Assembly (NCBI GenBank): GCA_032718475.1 | Contig: JAUCBJ010006701.1 | Span: 67,698 to 131,697, forward strand | Direction: 5' to 3' | DNA length: 64,000 nucleotides | Source of the DNA: Nemertoderma westbladi | Lineage: Eukaryota; Animalia; Xenacoelomorpha | Shown here: piece by piece, positions 13,484 through 27,519 of the stretch | How positions within the stretch are numbered: position 1 is the first letter of the stretch | Layout: every line of letters begins with the position of its first letter | Notes under the pieces: generated by a model | Database searches by the model: none | What the model was told of the DNA's origin: nothing | The model's input: the letters and a program-made list of their open reading frames with translations, nothing else | Made by a program: the position numbers and the translations under genes

Positions 13484-16400
13484 CTAATTCTGTTTTGAGG
13501 CAGGAGACAAATTATAATCTCCCGTCTCGATACGTGTCTCCTCTAATAACACAATATCTTGGACCGGTCGGTCCAAGGTGTGTAAACCATTAGTTTTACA
13601 CTTTTTTGGGTGCGGACACTTGCACCAAATTTTCACAGTGACTGTGCGCACTATGTTTTGCACGTCTGGGTGTATGTGCAAGATCACTCCCGTCTCCCAA
13701 TACTTTCTCTTGACAATTGGTTCGGTTATCAATACGTAATCTCCCCTTTGGAGACTTCGAACCGTTTTGTACCACTTTGTTCTGGTGGATATGGTGGGAA
13801 GATAATATTCCCGCCAATATTCCCAGAAAGTGTACGCCACTAATTGTGTCACTTTCCAGCTTTTACGACTATATAGGTCGGCACTAATGGGTTCTGATGC
13901 CGGCACAAGAAATGCTGGACTCTGCATTAGCAAATGATTCGGCGTTAATGCAACACCGTCTGGCAACATAGCTATCGGCCTCGAGTTTAGGGTATGCTCG
14001 ATTTCAATGAAAGCTGTGACCAGTTCGTCATCGGTAAGTTGTTTGTTCACAGGCAATGTCTTGGCAATAGCCTGTTTTACAGAGCGAACTAAACGCTCCC
14101 AACTTCCTCCTCTCCAAGGACTTTCTGGAGTATTAAATCTCCACTCTACTCGTTGCGGCAAAAGTGCTGCAGAAATTTCCTTATTCTGTGCCGCTTTATG
14201 AGCCGCGTTCAACTCGCTATTCCCCCCGACAAAGTTTGTACCCTTATCGGAGTAGAACGCCTTTACTAGTCCTCTCCTGGCCATAAATCTCTTCAAGGCC
14301 AGGAGCAGAGATTTGGTCGACATGTCTGCCACACGCTCAATGTGTATGGCTCTACTAGCCATGCATGTCAGTAGCAGACCCCATCGCTTGTGGGTCAGCC
14401 GTCCACTCTTTGCTTCAATCGGACCAAAACAATCCACCCCTGTGTTCGTAAAGGGTGGGTCATATGCCTGCACTCTCGCTTCCGGGAGTTCAGCCATCTC
14501 CTGTTCCAATACTCTGGCGTTCACCCTCTTGCAAACCAGACAGGCGTCATACATAGTGCCAACTGCCCTGCTTGGCTGCAATAGAATGAATCGCTGTCTC
14601 GCTGCCGACAAACAGTGTAACTTTCCCGCGTGATGCAACCTCTTGTGTATATCCCATAGAATCGCTCTTTGCAATTCTATTGGGTGACTAGGGATTATCA
14701 CTGGGAACCGAAACTGTGAGTTTATGTCGACAGTCTGGATTCTCGATCTATGACAAATTAAACCCTTATGGATTAATGGACTCCATTTTCTAAGGGGTTT
14801 ATAGAGAACTGGTCGTTGAGCCGATAATAGATGGAATTCTTTAGGGAAGGCACACATTTGATAATGTTTCAAATGCTTTAATTCCGCTTGATCAATCTCA
14901 TCCTCTGTCAGAGGTTGTTTCAATTTCCAAATTCGCTCACTATTGGTGCTCAATGGTTCTCTCAAATGTTTCGAATGTTTTAAACAAAGGTACAAAATGT
15001 ATCGGCTTAACCACGCAGTTCTTTTACAAATTGTCAGCCAAGAGGCAGACGAATTTAGTAATTTGTCATAAATACTACATGGCTCTAATGCCAGCGACGG
15101 TTGTCCGCTAATTAATGGAAGTTTCGAATCCAAACCCGCAGGTTTGGAAACCAAAGACTCCATTGTGTCGGTCATTTTCTGTCCGTCACTTACCAATTGT
15201 GACTCCGGTTTAGTCTGTAAGGGTGGTTTGATGTCATAACTTACCCTTCCGGACCTAGTAGTCACGTAAGTCTGTTGGTCTGACAGGTCTCCGGGCCGCT
15301 CCAATGACTCTTCAGGCCGCTCCAATGACTCTTCAGGCCGCTCCAATGACTTAAGTTTGGCTTTAGACTTCGACTTAGAGACTTTCTCCACCTTGACTTC
15401 TGCATCTTCAGGCATCGGATTGGTCACTATCTTTAGTCGCTCTGGCCAATGTTCCTGTGTCCTCTTTAGAAAATCAGGTCCATGCAACCAAAACTCCTGC
15501 GACTCTTCCTGACAGAATTCCGCCGGCATTGCACCTCTCGAAGTTATGTCGGCCGGGTTCAACACTCCCGGACAATGTCTCCATTGTTCCTTCGTCGAAA
15601 AATCAACGATCTGAGCGCGTCTATTGGCCACAAATGTCTTTAGTGCAATATTGTCGGCCGCAATGTATACTAACACTAAGGATGCGTCCGTCCAATAGAA
15701 TAAGGTCAATGTCGTGTCTAACTCCTCAGTTATTTGCTTACTTACCTCGACTGAAACTACAGCCGCCTGTAACTCTGCACGAGGGACAGTCATGTATTTG
15801 ACCGGCATTGTCTTTGATCTAGAAGTCACAAAGGCCGTCTCAAACTTGTCCTGACTTACCTCTCGGCGAAGGTAGGCTACCATACCAAAGCCGGTGTCAC
15901 TTGCGTCACTGAACAAATGCAGTTCGAGATCAGCTGGAAATACCAGCTGATTCGGAAAGTAGGAACGGGGTACGTCTATGTTTTTCAATAGATGTAACTC
16001 GGCTTCCCACTCCCTCCACTGCTTTGCATGTATAGGAGATATTGGTTCGTCCCACTCTAAGTCGGACAACCAAATTTTCCTCATGCACGCTCGTGCCTGT
16101 AATATAACCGGACTGATAAAATTCATCGGGTCAAATAGTCTACTTAATGTCGATAAGCAAATCCTCTTTGTCAAAACTTTGTCTGGGCTACTGGGCTCAA
16201 ATCTAACTCTTACCTGGAACTTATCTGAGTTCGGGTTCCAAGCGAGTCCCAGTACTCGCGCCATGGGGATTGGTTCTACCCCCAATTCTATGTCTCCGCT
16301 CCCGCGATCTTTCACCGGGAACGATTCTAATAGGGCCTCCGAGTTCGTAGTGAACTTGGTTAGAGGAAATCCCCCTGTAGCCAAGCACTCTTGCAGGCCG

Positions 16401-19400
16401 TGAGCCACTTCTATGGCTTGTTCCGCTGTGTCCTTGGACACCAATCCGTCGTCCATGTAGAAGTTTCTCAAGATGGACTCAATTACTTCTACTGGATACT
16501 TACCAATCTGGGCTGTTGCCGTTTTCTTTAAAACGAACAGCGTGCCATTCGGACTATCGCGGGCGCCAAATATCCTAACGTACATCTGGTATGTAACCAC
16601 TGGGCCGGATAAGTCTTCATTCTCGTACCAGAGAAAGCGAAGGCTATCCTGGTCTGCCTTACAGGCTCTTACCTGGTGGAACATCGCCTCGATGTCACAA
16701 GTAAATGCGAATCGCCGCTGTCTAAAACGCAACAGTATTCCAATCAAATAGTTGTTCAGGTTGGGACCATCCATCAACTCTGAATTCAGGGACATACCTC
16801 TATAGACTGCTGCGCAGTCAAACAGACTACAGCGGCCAAGAATGCAGTTAAAGCTGCATCTAGGTCCCTGAACAGGCAGTACTCTGTTAATCTACAGGAG
16901 CTAATAAACCAACAGGTTGATGCCATCAATGATGCTGACGACAGCAGGCAATCATCCCAGGCATGGAAATCGATCAATCTGCTTACTGGGCGGAAAAGCC
17001 AACCAACCACCAAGGTTAAGGCTGAATCACCAGCCGATCGCCTCAATGGTTGGAAAGCCCACTTTGAAAAGCTCCTCAATAATGACAGGGTATTGCCTGA
17101 TAACTTTATAGAAGTAAAAGTGTCTGAGTCTGTACTCCCAGATATTCCCATTGGCGATATCTCCTTTGCAGAAGTGAAGGCTGCTGCAAAGAGCATTAAG
17201 ACCAATCGTGCCAGTGGAGTAGATGGTGTTCCCCCTGAGGTCTTTAAAATACCTGAGTGTTTAAAGCTCATCTATCCCATCATAGTAGACATGTACCGTA
17301 CAACAAGAGTCCCACAAGAAATGAAAACAAATAAGTTGGTGCCAGTTCCCAAGAAGGGCAACCTAACACTCTATGGTTCTTTTCGGGGAATCTCATTGAT
17401 CTCGATTGCTGCAAAACTATACAATAGAATTCTATTAAATCGCATCAGGGATCCCATTGAGAGACTGCTACGTGGAAATCAGAATGGGTTCCGTAAAGGT
17501 CGTGGGACCATGGAGCCCATTTTGGCACTTAGAAGGATAATTGAAGAGTTATCAAAAAAGAAAGACAGGCATCTGGCTGTTATCTTTGTTGACTTCTTCA
17601 AGGCCTTTGATTCAGTCTCTCGCTCACGTATGTTCAGCATACTTTCATTATATGGGATTCCTGATGAAATTATTGCAGCAATCAGATCAGTATACGATGG
17701 TTCGACAACATTTGTGTCTACTGTTGACGGTGACACAGAACCATTTGAAGTGTTATGGGGCGTCCTCCAAGGAGACACACTTGCACCATTCTTGTTCATT
17801 ATTGTGGTTGACTATGTTCTACGCATGTCCTTAGATCATCATAATGATGATGGGGTTATGATAACTCCACCTACTGGCTCCAGAAGTCGAGGAAATCCTG
17901 CCAAGTACCTAACTGATCTAGACTTTGCTGATGACTTAGGAGTACTCTCAGAATCATTAGAGGGAGCCCAGCGGCTCCTCAGCTCATTAGAACATGCTGC
18001 TTCTAGTGTTGGTCTCTTTATTAACTCCAGAAAGACCAAAATTCTGACAGTTAACTTTGAAAGTCCTCAGCAAGTCTCTGATCGGATGAGCATAAGCTCA
18101 AAGGATGGTATGCTTGAGCATGTGGACGACTTCTGTTACCTGGGATCATGGATCCGGAAGTCAGGTGAGGACCTTCGAATACGTAAGGGAAAGGCATGGG
18201 CAGCCTTGAATAGGCTTTCCAGGATTTGGAAGTCACCTAGAATTAATCGGAAACTTAAGGTCCGATTATTTAGAGCAGCAGTAGTTCCAGTACTCCTCTA
18301 CGGGAGTCCATGCTGGGCTCTAACTGCTGAGGACACCAAATCTCTGGATGGCACATTCACAAGAATGCTACGCCGGGTACATTGTGTCAAGTACAATGCA
18401 CACATCTCCAACCAGACACTATATAACATTGGAGGTGTCTCATTGGTTCCCCCAAGCTTGACACTAGAACAAAATCGCCTCCGCTTTGCAGGACATTGCT
18501 TTCGCCGTGAGGACCAGCCAGTGCATAATCTTGTACTTTGGCAGCCTCATGGAGTGAATAAGCATGGTGGACAGCCCATGACTTTCTTGAGACGCATCTT
18601 AAAGGACACTGGCCTTAAAGATGCGGATGATCTAGCAAATGTCATGGGTGATAGGGAGTTGTGGCGGTGCAATTTTGTTGACAAGCCGGCACAGCATTCT
18701 TAAAAATGCAGCTGCAATGCAGCATGCCGATCCTAGTAGTAGTAGTATCAACTCTGAATTCAGGGACATACCTCTATAGACTGCTGCGCAGTCGTTGACT
18801 ACTCGGACTTTGTCTGGCTTGTCAGGGTGAGTCACATAGTGGTGTGGAAGGTAATAAGTCTGGTCTGTCACTAAGTCAGGGTCCTCTACCTTCCCAGCAA
18901 ATCCCTTGGCGAAATAGTTGTTGATCTGGGCGCAATACTTCTCCCTAATATCCGGATTCTTCAACAACCGAGCCCTTACTCCGTTTAATCTTTTCAAGGC
19001 TAAGTTGTAGTTGTTCTCCAACTTAGGTGGTTGTCGACGCCACAACATTCCAACTTCAAAATGTCCAGTCGGTAGCAGACGTATGGTATCTTCCATCATC
19101 TCCAGCGACCGTTTCTCATCAGTAGACATGGCTAGGTCATATCCACCGGGTTCCATTGCGTCCCTATCCAGCCATTCGACGGTTCTGGCTCCTGTCTCGA
19201 GGTCCTGGCGTATCAATTCCTTCTGTAATTCCTCCTCACTGTATTGGAAAATGTCTAGGTCTCGATATTTAGCCACTTGACCCTCCACTATGTCTGTATA
19301 AGTCAAAACGTTAGTCAAATAGGTAGCGTGGGCTGCTGAACCAGACCCACGGGTCTGATAACAGTAGTCCTCGGGTTCACTATCTGTCCGGTTATTGTGA

Positions 19401-22400
19401 AGTGGTTCCGACAACCTAACATTATCGGGAATCAACTCCTCGTCCGACTCGCTAAAGTCACTATAGTGGTCAATACAGGTTCTCCTAAACTCGTCTATGT
19501 CTGGTGGTTCTACTAACGGTGGTTGAATTATAGGCTGTAATTCGTCGTATCTGTTTATTGGCTTGTCGCCACCTGTAAACTCATAAGACATGGGTACTCG
19601 TGTATACCAACCTAGTATGGTCCTATGGGCATGTGGTCCATTGACATGCGGCTCAGCTGGTCTCGTTTCCCATATTTGGTGTGCGATCAGCTGTTCTGCA
19701 CCAATCAACATAGAAACATTCCTATAACCTACCTGGTGTCTGGGTATCCTGAGCTTGTCAAAATACTCCTGTGCTATGGGACTCATCGGCGGCACCTTAC
19801 CTAACTGCCTGCCGAATCCCTTCATAGCTAGACACTTAAATCCGTCCAATGGCAAAGCTTTCCGTTCTTGTCGAGTATGTTGGTCTCTCGGAAGTAGGGA
19901 ATCTAGTTCTACCGAAATTCTGTGTCCCTTGAGGTCTCCTACTCCATGCATAGACTTCAACTCTATTTGGATCTCCTCGGCGTCCTGGAAGCTAGAAACA
20001 GCTCTCGCCACTTCCTCGTCGATATAAGATAATGTGGACGCAGTGTCCAACATCACATATATCCGCTTTGATCCCTTATCTCCAGTGAGTTTCACCGGAA
20101 TCACGCTAAATATTTCCGACGTGGCCGATGATAAATACGTCCGCGCGCTGGTCGATGAACTATCCGCGGTGAAACCTTGGCAGGTCACTTCTCTCGCGCT
20201 CGACTCGCCATCCTCGTCCGACGAACCTGGTTGGTAACCATCGTTCTGAATGCCAGTGTACGTATTCCTCCTTATCAATACGGGTTCTTTGCTCCCCTTC
20301 CCGTGAGGATTTCGCTGTAAGTAACGGTCTGTTGGGGTGTGGAAATCCGCATGTAGCAACTTGTGATGTAGTCTGCCGCATTCCATGCATCCGTCCTTGC
20401 TGTTCGGGCACTGCCGCCGTACATGACCTGGCGCAAGACATGCCCAACAGGTGTCCAATGTCCGCACTTGAACTCTTCTCTGTTCCGAATTTAATTCTTT
20501 GAACCGTCTGCAACTATCTAACTTATGATCGTCAGATCTTACCTCCTTTAGTAAACAGTATTGGCAACCTACAAATCCATCCGGCAACTCCTGTTGCTTT
20601 AACCTAGGTCTATCTAACCGCTCACCTGACCATACTCGCGAGTCTGATCTAAAGGCTGGGGTACTCGAATTATATCTGTCTACTGAGTTAAATGTCACAG
20701 TGGTCCTGTCATCATCAAAACTTACCATAGACTTACCGGTAACAGGTTTAGACTCCCTCATGTTCTCCTCTGAGAAGTTTGATTTCATCTCTGCTACTGC
20801 GTCTGTGGCTATCATGTCATGAATATGCTGAAGTGTCAATACCTTACCTTGGCCCTCCAACTTATTCTCTAATTTGCGCCATTTCTGTCGATAACGCATG
20901 TTTAAACGTCTTATTACGCTCTTTAAAACTTCGGCGTGATCACCATGATGAGGTAGATTCACCGTCCTCAAGATGTCCAATGCGTTCGAAATAGCGTTCG
21001 CTAAGTTCAACAGCTCTAACGGAGTTGTAATCCTTCCGCCCTTACCCAAGTCTTCTACTATCGACTGCGCCATCTTCGTTTTATTCCCGTAGATGTCGCT
21101 AAGCGTCTTCATCGCTAACTCGAATGCTCTCTCATTGCCAACGAAGTTATCAGCAATGGCTCTAGGTTCTCGATGGAGCATCTGAAGCAAATAGTTGAAC
21201 TTCTCGTTGGGAGTAAAGGTGCTGTTGGTTAGCTGCTCGTCGACATAGGTTTTGAAAGTCCTCCAATGCTTATGGTTGCCCATAAACTTCTGGGGTTGTT
21301 GCGTCGGCAGTCCTTGCCTAGCAGCAAACTTACCTATGTCCCTAAGGGTTGTGTCGTTCCGGGTTAACAAATGGTTTAGTTCCGCAGGGTTGTTAAGTCT
21401 GTTCCTTTCCCGGTGGTTCCAACTTACCTGCTCCGCGTCGGTCCTTCTTTCCTTATAGTTTCGGGACTTCTGACGTCTCATGTCTTCCTCTTCATCGCTT
21501 GACTCGGTGTCAGTCCTTAGCGCTCGCGATGGTTTGCGCGCCGAGGCCCTGACCCAAGCCTCCTCAATAAATCTTTCCGCCGAATTTTCGAAATTGGGAT
21601 TATGGATATTCGGGACAGGCGTTCTTACCTGAGGTCTATGTGGTATAGTCTCCTCCGATATGCGTACTCGTTGACTAGGCTGGACTTTATCTAATTCAGG
21701 CCTGCTGGGATTTGAATTACTTCTTACCTGGGCTGCTTCCTTTAACCGTAGGTTGCTAAGCATGTCCGTTATAGGTTGGATGTGCGGCGATATAGCTTGC
21801 GCTAAACTAGCACTTAACTCATCTCTCGTAATAAATTCCTGGCTAGGGTTCTGTTGTATAGTCGGCTCTATCTGAGTAATTCGCTGTCTCTCATATGATC
21901 CCTCTTCCGGTTTAACCCGGAAGTTCTCCGTCGAACTGGGTCGGCGCTCCGTCCGCGTATTCCAAACCCGCGGGTTCGGTTCGCCCAATACTCGGCCCGT
22001 CGGGGTTTCTCTAAACTCTCCGTTGTCGCGTTCGGTGTATAGTGGTGCGGTGTTCTGATGACGTAGATCCTGCGCGATAGGTGAAGCACTAATACCAAAT
22101 GGCGTGCGATATGTAGAGAACGGTTTAGCGATCCGTGTACTCGTAATAGCTGGACCGGGTATAGGAATTCTGGTCGTCGTCGACTCGCGTATAGTCGGAG
22201 TTCTCGCTTCCTGTTCGGCCTTCTGCAGTGCGAACAGTTCTCGCAACTCAGTCCCTACACTCGCCCCACATTCTTCGATCATTCGCATCCCCTTCTCGGC
22301 GATTTCATTCGCCTTCCTAGTCCGTTCTTCGCTCTCTAAACTTAATCTCGCACTTTCCAACTGCGCCAGTGTACGTTCTTCTTCTTCCCTCGCTCGTCTC

Positions 22401-23785
22401 GCTGCGCCCTCTTCTTCCACACGCGCCCTTTCTTCATACAACGCTTGTCGCTCTTTCTCGATCTCGAGTTCGCGTTCCTTGCGTTCGCGTTCAAGTTCGA
22501 GTTCGCGTTTCTTCTGTTCGTGTTCGAGCTGGAGTTCGCGTTCTTTCTGCTCGCGTTCAAGTTTGAGTTCGCGTTCCTTGCGTTCGCGTTCAAGTTGAAG
22601 TTCACGTTCCTTCTGCTCGCGTTCCGCTCGCTCACGCTTACCTTTCTCTTCCAATTCGCGCAACTTCGCGTCTAACTTACGTGTTTGCTCCCGTTCCCGC
22701 ACGGCTTCCTTCCGTGCTTCCGATGCACGCAAAACTTCCGCCTGCTGTTCGTCCAGTCGGCGTCTTCTCTCCTCCGCCGAGTTGTGAGAAACAAGAGATC
22801 TAGCACATATAACTTTCCCTCGCGCGTGACTAACCTGGTAATCGCCACTGTCTCTGGATGCGTCGTCGGGTGGAGTCAACGTCCTCTGTTGAATGTTCTC
22901 CGTCGTCGGTAGCACCTGGCCTGGTACCACCACTCCATTCTGCATCAGCCAGCTAGTAACTTCCCTTTGATACCGGCGCTCCTCTTTATCTTGGATCTCT
23001 TCTCGCTCCACTAAGTCTCTCAACTCTGCGTCACTCACCTGAGTCGCCTGCGTTTGTGATGCCCATAGCAGCCAGTTCTCCGTCCTAACTCGTCGGAATC
23101 GCTCCGATAACTCGCGATGCTCCAACAGGGCTGCCAAAACCCTATCATAAATCCTCGTCGCCACGTCGCTCGACTGAGACTCTACTGCCTTCTTCGCTAG
23201 GACTGCAAGCTCCTCCGTCTGCTTGAATAACGCTGAGTTATATCCTCTTCTAATCTCTACTAACTCTACCCTCCCGATGTTCGCTGAGTCAGCTAACATC
23301 TTCCTTACCTTGTCCGCCGTCCGAGTTATATGTCCGGCATGCGCGCGAAGTTTCTTCTTTATCGCAATGTCTAGTTCTCTCTCGCTTACCTGACTCACAC
23401 TCGGTGGACTTGAAGGATTATTTCGGGAACTACGGGTACTCCTTACAGCCGTTGGGACCACGGCACTTACCATACCCACAGGTCTGGAAACCGGGCTCCG
23501 GGCTCTCGCTTCTGCTACACTACCCTCCCTATCACTCACCTCTGTCCGGGCTGCCGTACAGTCCTTCCTATCAGTAGCGGTAGGGGATCCTAATACTATT
23601 ACTTGAGGTTGTTGTTCTTCCTCACTAGTCACTGTCTCGCCCTCCTGTTCACTTACGTCAGCGTCGCTCGCTGCGTCGTCATAGTCGGCATTGTCATCAA
23701 CAGTAATGTTTACGCTTTCGTCAGTCGGCGGTCCAGCCGCCGTCTCATAGCTGTCCTCTAGTGCCTCTTTGTCTGAGACACTCAT
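13484..23785 (-). CDS. gag-pol: B gag-pol polyprotein (~2775 aa when rejoined), interrupted by the RTE-like insertion
   Basis: Knuckles CWACLAPGHVRRQC, protease MLDTAS, RT FYMDD, RNase H LHLFSDAS, integrase HKRLHH..CLVC and GVDCFGP/SDKGTNF/WERL. Both halves carry the duplicated MSLNSEL. Confidence 0.92.
16820..18746 (+). mobile_element. 5'-truncated non-LTR retrotransposon (RTE-like) with (TAG)n tail and 47-bp TSD
   Basis: Exact duplication 16773-16819 = 18747-18793. Tail TAGTAGTAGTAGT follows a very short 3' UTR. Confidence 0.92.
17093..18703 (+). CDS. Non-LTR reverse transcriptase (RTE-like), 5' truncated; frame open back to ~16820
   Basis: VPKKG, FRGISL, QNGFRKGR, FVDFFKAFDSV, GVLQGDTLAPFLF, DFADD, FCYLGS, LRFAGH. 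Confidence 0.92.
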   Translation: MPDNFIEVKVSESVLPDIPIGDISFAEVKAAAKSIKTNRASGVDGVPPEVFKIPECLKLIYPIIVDMYRTTRVPQEMKTNKLVPVPKKGNLTLYGSFRGISLISIAAKLYNRILLNRIRDPIERLLRGNQNGFRKGRGTMEPILALRRIIEELSKKKDRHLAVIFVDFFKAFDSVSRSRMFSILSLYGIPDEIIAAIRSVYDGSTTFVSTVDGDTEPFEVLWGVLQGDTLAPFLFIIVVDYVLRMSLDHHNDDGVMITPPTGSRSRGNPAKYLTDLDFADDLGVLSESLEGAQRLLSSLEHAASSVGLFINSRKTKILTVNFESPQQVSDRMSISSKDGMLEHVDDFCYLGSWIRKSGEDLRIRKGKAWAALNRLSRIWKSPRINRKLKVRLFRAAVVPVLLYGSPCWALTAEDTKSLDGTFTRMLRRVHCVKYNAHISNQTLYNIGGVSLVPPSLTLEQNRLRFAGHCFRREDQPVHNLVLWQPHGVNKHGGQPMTFLRRILKDTGLKDADDLANVMGDRELWRCNFVDKPAQHS

Positions 23786-24979
23786 AGTCTAAATAATGTT
23801 TGCCTTCCGGCAAAATATCTCGCAAAGGTTCGAGATATAATTATAATTTAACCGAAACACGGTCAAATTATTTGTCAAATAATCAGTTGGTCCAAAATGT
23901 CAAAATAAATTCGCAATGCAATATTGTGAATTTAATGGGGTATATAGTTATAGCAAATACTAGCACAATATTTAAACAAAAATATTATTATATAGCTACT
24001 ATATAGTATTAAATACCGGTATAGCACAAAATAACTTTGAATCTAATACAAAATATTCAAAATATACTTGCCGCCCGAATATTTCTAATTTTATATATAT
24101 AGCTCTAATTAACGTAATTTTAGTTTCAAATATTATATGTATCCACTAGCACGTGGCTACATCTTCGGGTTGCGACTCTCTCTAACTCTCTCTCTAACTT
24201 GAGCGATTCAAAAAACCATGGCCGGCTAAACCTAAATATCCTAACTAATAAATTGAGTTCAGCTTCGTGTTTAAACAACCGATAATTTTTTACTGCTTCC
24301 ACAAACACACCGGTGCCAACAGAACAACTAACCTTGTTTGCTGTGAGATTCCACGTCCGCGTCCAAAGATTCAGGCCCTTCGCTGATTGCAAACCGAACC
24401 CGCAGACCCACACGAACCCCAAACTCAGAAGTTCCGTCTTGCCATGTATCTCCAGATGGTATAAAATAACTAAGCGGTTACCTAACATACCGGTACAAAA
24501 CTCTAGAATTTTACAAAATAATTTTGACCGAATCTCGCAAACCTAGCTAAAATTTTCAAAAACTTACTAATTACAATTTGCCCTAAGGCCTAAGGAACTG
24601 CTGTATTCGCAATTAGTAAAAACGCACTACCGTACATCCACTGTATGCAGTACAGTAAGTAAAACAGTACACCAACCTAACAGCCTAATTGATACTGTGT
24701 GTGTGGTACGGCAAACAAATGTCCTTCTACCGTACGCAGTAACAGCAATCAGCCTAATGTACTACTGTACTATTGTACGCGACCAGTGAATACAGTAATC
24801 TAAACTAACAGCCTAAGAATACACTCAATGTTCTACTGTACGCTACAGCCTACAGCAAACAAAGCATACCTTACTGTTAAAGCAGTCAAGCAATCTAAAG
24901 TAACAGTAGTCTAAACTAATCAGCCTAAGAATACACTATTGACCGCTGCAAGCAACAGCCAATAAAACGCATACCTTAC

Positions 24980-25305
24980 TGATACGAAGTATCAGTAATC
25001 TAAAAATACAATAATCTAAGCTAACAGCCTAAGAATACTCTATCTGCCTTACTGTACGCAGTACAGCAAAGCAATATACGCGTACTACTGATACGAAGTA
25101 TCAGTAATCTAAAAATACAATAATCTAAGCTAACAGCCTAAGAATACTCTATCTGCCTTACTGTACGCAGTACAGCAAAGCAATATACGCGTACTACTGA
25201 TACGAAGTATCAGTAATCTAAAAATACAATAATCTAAGCTAACAGCCTAAGAATACTCTATCTGCCTTACTGTACGCAGTACGAAGTACAATATACGCGT
25301 ATTAC
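24980..25305 (-). repeat. Three tandem ~109-bp units in the B leader, each containing the PBS-position sequence and a 9-bp hairpin
   Basis: Units start TGATA at 24980, 25089 and 25198 (+ strand). Hairpin TACTGATAC-GAA-GTATCAGTA. Confidence 0.9.
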
Positions 25306-27514
25306 TGATAAACAACCGCGACCTCTATACTAACAGCAGAACTGTTGAACAGACCAATACCCGTTAATATCCTTCTGTCAACCTAATGAGCTCTCGCCTA
25401 ACCAATAAGACACAAAGAATGCTCTACTGTTAAGTAAAGGGGATCAGGAGCGTGATATTACTAAATTGTAAAGGTGGCTAAATACAAAACCGCTACTTAC
25501 CGTTGGATGGCGCTAATCTGCCGTCCGCTAATATATTTTACTAAATTTACACAACTCCTGCAAAATCGCTTGTTCCTTTCTCTACCGATCGCTCGATAGA
25601 GAGCTAACTGTTCGAATCTATGAGCCACGCGGGAATAACCAAAACAATAAACCCGAGTCGGCTCCCTAAGCTTACTTAAGACGAGTGCGAGAGGCCTTGC
25701 ACTCAGAGTATTCTTACGCCTAATTCTATCACTATTAAAACACGCTATTGTCTACGTCTTTCTAATCGCGAATACTGGAGGTTCCCTAACGTAATGTGTG
25801 AATGCGAGAATATTTAAAATAATCAAAATGATACAGTAATTGTTTTTACGTGGATAGTACCACTCTGGGTCTAAACTTGCCTGCGGCTGGCTTTAGGCCA
25901 GCAAATTACTAGCGTATCGTGCGTACCGAATAGTGCGATCTAGCTGATTGCCCGCTAGTGCAAATAACCGCTCAGCGTGAATAGTTTACAGTACTCTAAT
26001 TATTACCTTAGCTACTCTCCGCTATGCTGCGTACTAATTCTTAATTTTTACTAATCAATTACAGTCACAAATATTTAACAGCGTACTAATTACTAAGAGT
26101 TCCAGAATACGTAATTCTAATTTATTACGCAACAGGTTTCGCTAGTAATAGCCTAAATTGCCGTATTACTTTGACCTAATCAGTAACTAATTATTGTAAC
26201 TAAGAAATAGAAATCAATCAAAAGAAAAGGGCGCCTACCTAAACATTCATAATCATAGGCACACTTCAATAACACACCAATCAGCGTCAGAAATCACAGT
26301 TCGCAATTATGCAGTTAACTACTGTATAGCCCACAATTATGCGATTCACTACTCGTACTCTACACTCAACGTTGTAGTACGCGCAGGCCTCTCCCGGATA
26401 CATCTAGGATTCCTAACTAACCCAATTCCTGCCCCCCTAATACTAAATAGAGACAAAACCTGGATCATCAGCCCCCTAGATACTGTATCGGCGAATGGTC
26501 TGCGTGTTACAGTGCAAGTGCCCGCCCGCAACGGTGACCCCCGCCAGCGTTGCCCGCTTTGAATCCTCCGCTCTCTCCTAGTCGCTCAACCCCCCGATGT
26601 GCCCACCGCCCACTGGCACCTTAGCCCTCCATTATGCTAATAGCTACCGTAGCGGCGCATGCAAATCACAAAGTCTGACAGTCTCAGAAATCCCTTAGGA
26701 TTATTGCGCAGAAAGGAATCACATAGAACCATTAATCAAAAGTAGAAATCATAGTTCAGTTGTAATTAGCAGTAATCGAAGGAATTAATTGAGAAACACA
26801 ATCGAGAGTAATCGCACTAGCAAATCATTCCAAGAAATTAATCAAAATTAGCAAATTGCAGAAAATACGCTAAAATATCCGTCAAAATTGAATAGAGACA
26901 GCTCAACAAGTACAAAGGTGATAGCAGATCATGTGAGGTGTCATGTGAGGCTCTACCGGCACACCGCCAATTTATAGGTGATCCGGATGGGGTGATGCAA
27001 TAGGGTGACTCAATCGCTCTCCTATTGGCTCTCCAGTCCGCGCTAGCATTAGACCAACCTGGAAACAGTTAGTCCAATAAGGAGGCCGGATTGTAGCCCT
27101 ATTGCTTGCCCAAACCTCAAATTATTACCATATATGGTAATGGTTCACGTCTCTGGCTGCTGAATGGCCAGGACAGCGTCCCTATGCTAGCCCTATCGAT
27201 GCTAATATCAGCAAGCACAAAATCCAGGGTCCAAATAAACTCGCTACCCTGGAACTATCTACATATATCCTAATACAAAATTACGTAGGTAGGGCTACAT
27301 ACTATACAAAATGGATGGATTCAAATATATGGGTGTTTCGATTTCCCTATCTAAATACCACTGCGTTATTATGCCTTATCTAAAATGTTATGCTGCACAA
27401 CGGACTAATATTACATACAGTATAACGGACTAATATTGCATACTGCATAACGAACTAATATTGCATACTGCATAATGACTAATATATGTGGATACAGCGC
27501 CATATACCGTAACA
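25306..27514 (-). repeat. 5' LTR of B (~2.2 kb)
   Basis: Left end matches 9697; right end ...CCGTAACA is followed by the TSD. Minus-strand TATAAAT at 26970-26976 with CCAAT/ATTGG boxes upstream. Confidence 0.9.
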
Positions 27515-27519
27515 CAGTA

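Larger units (their letters stand above)
9697..27514 (-). mobile_element. BEL/Pao LTR retrotransposon, family B (full 5' LTR, truncated 3' LTR)
   Basis: TSD CAGTA at 9692-9696 and 27515-27519. Removing the element rejoins the pPolB sequence (ALS|SFDDK). TG...CA ends. Confidence 0.93.

Noticed and set aside
18632-18746. Hydrophobic C-terminus of the 1717-aa ORF (LILLLLGSACC)
   Set aside because: It is antisense read-through into the LINE tail, not a transmembrane or env segment.
25306-26080. 775-bp repeat as the complete B LTR (it happens to read TG...CA)
   Set aside because: There is no TSD at 26081. The CAGTA TSD and the rejoined pPolB place the end at 27514.
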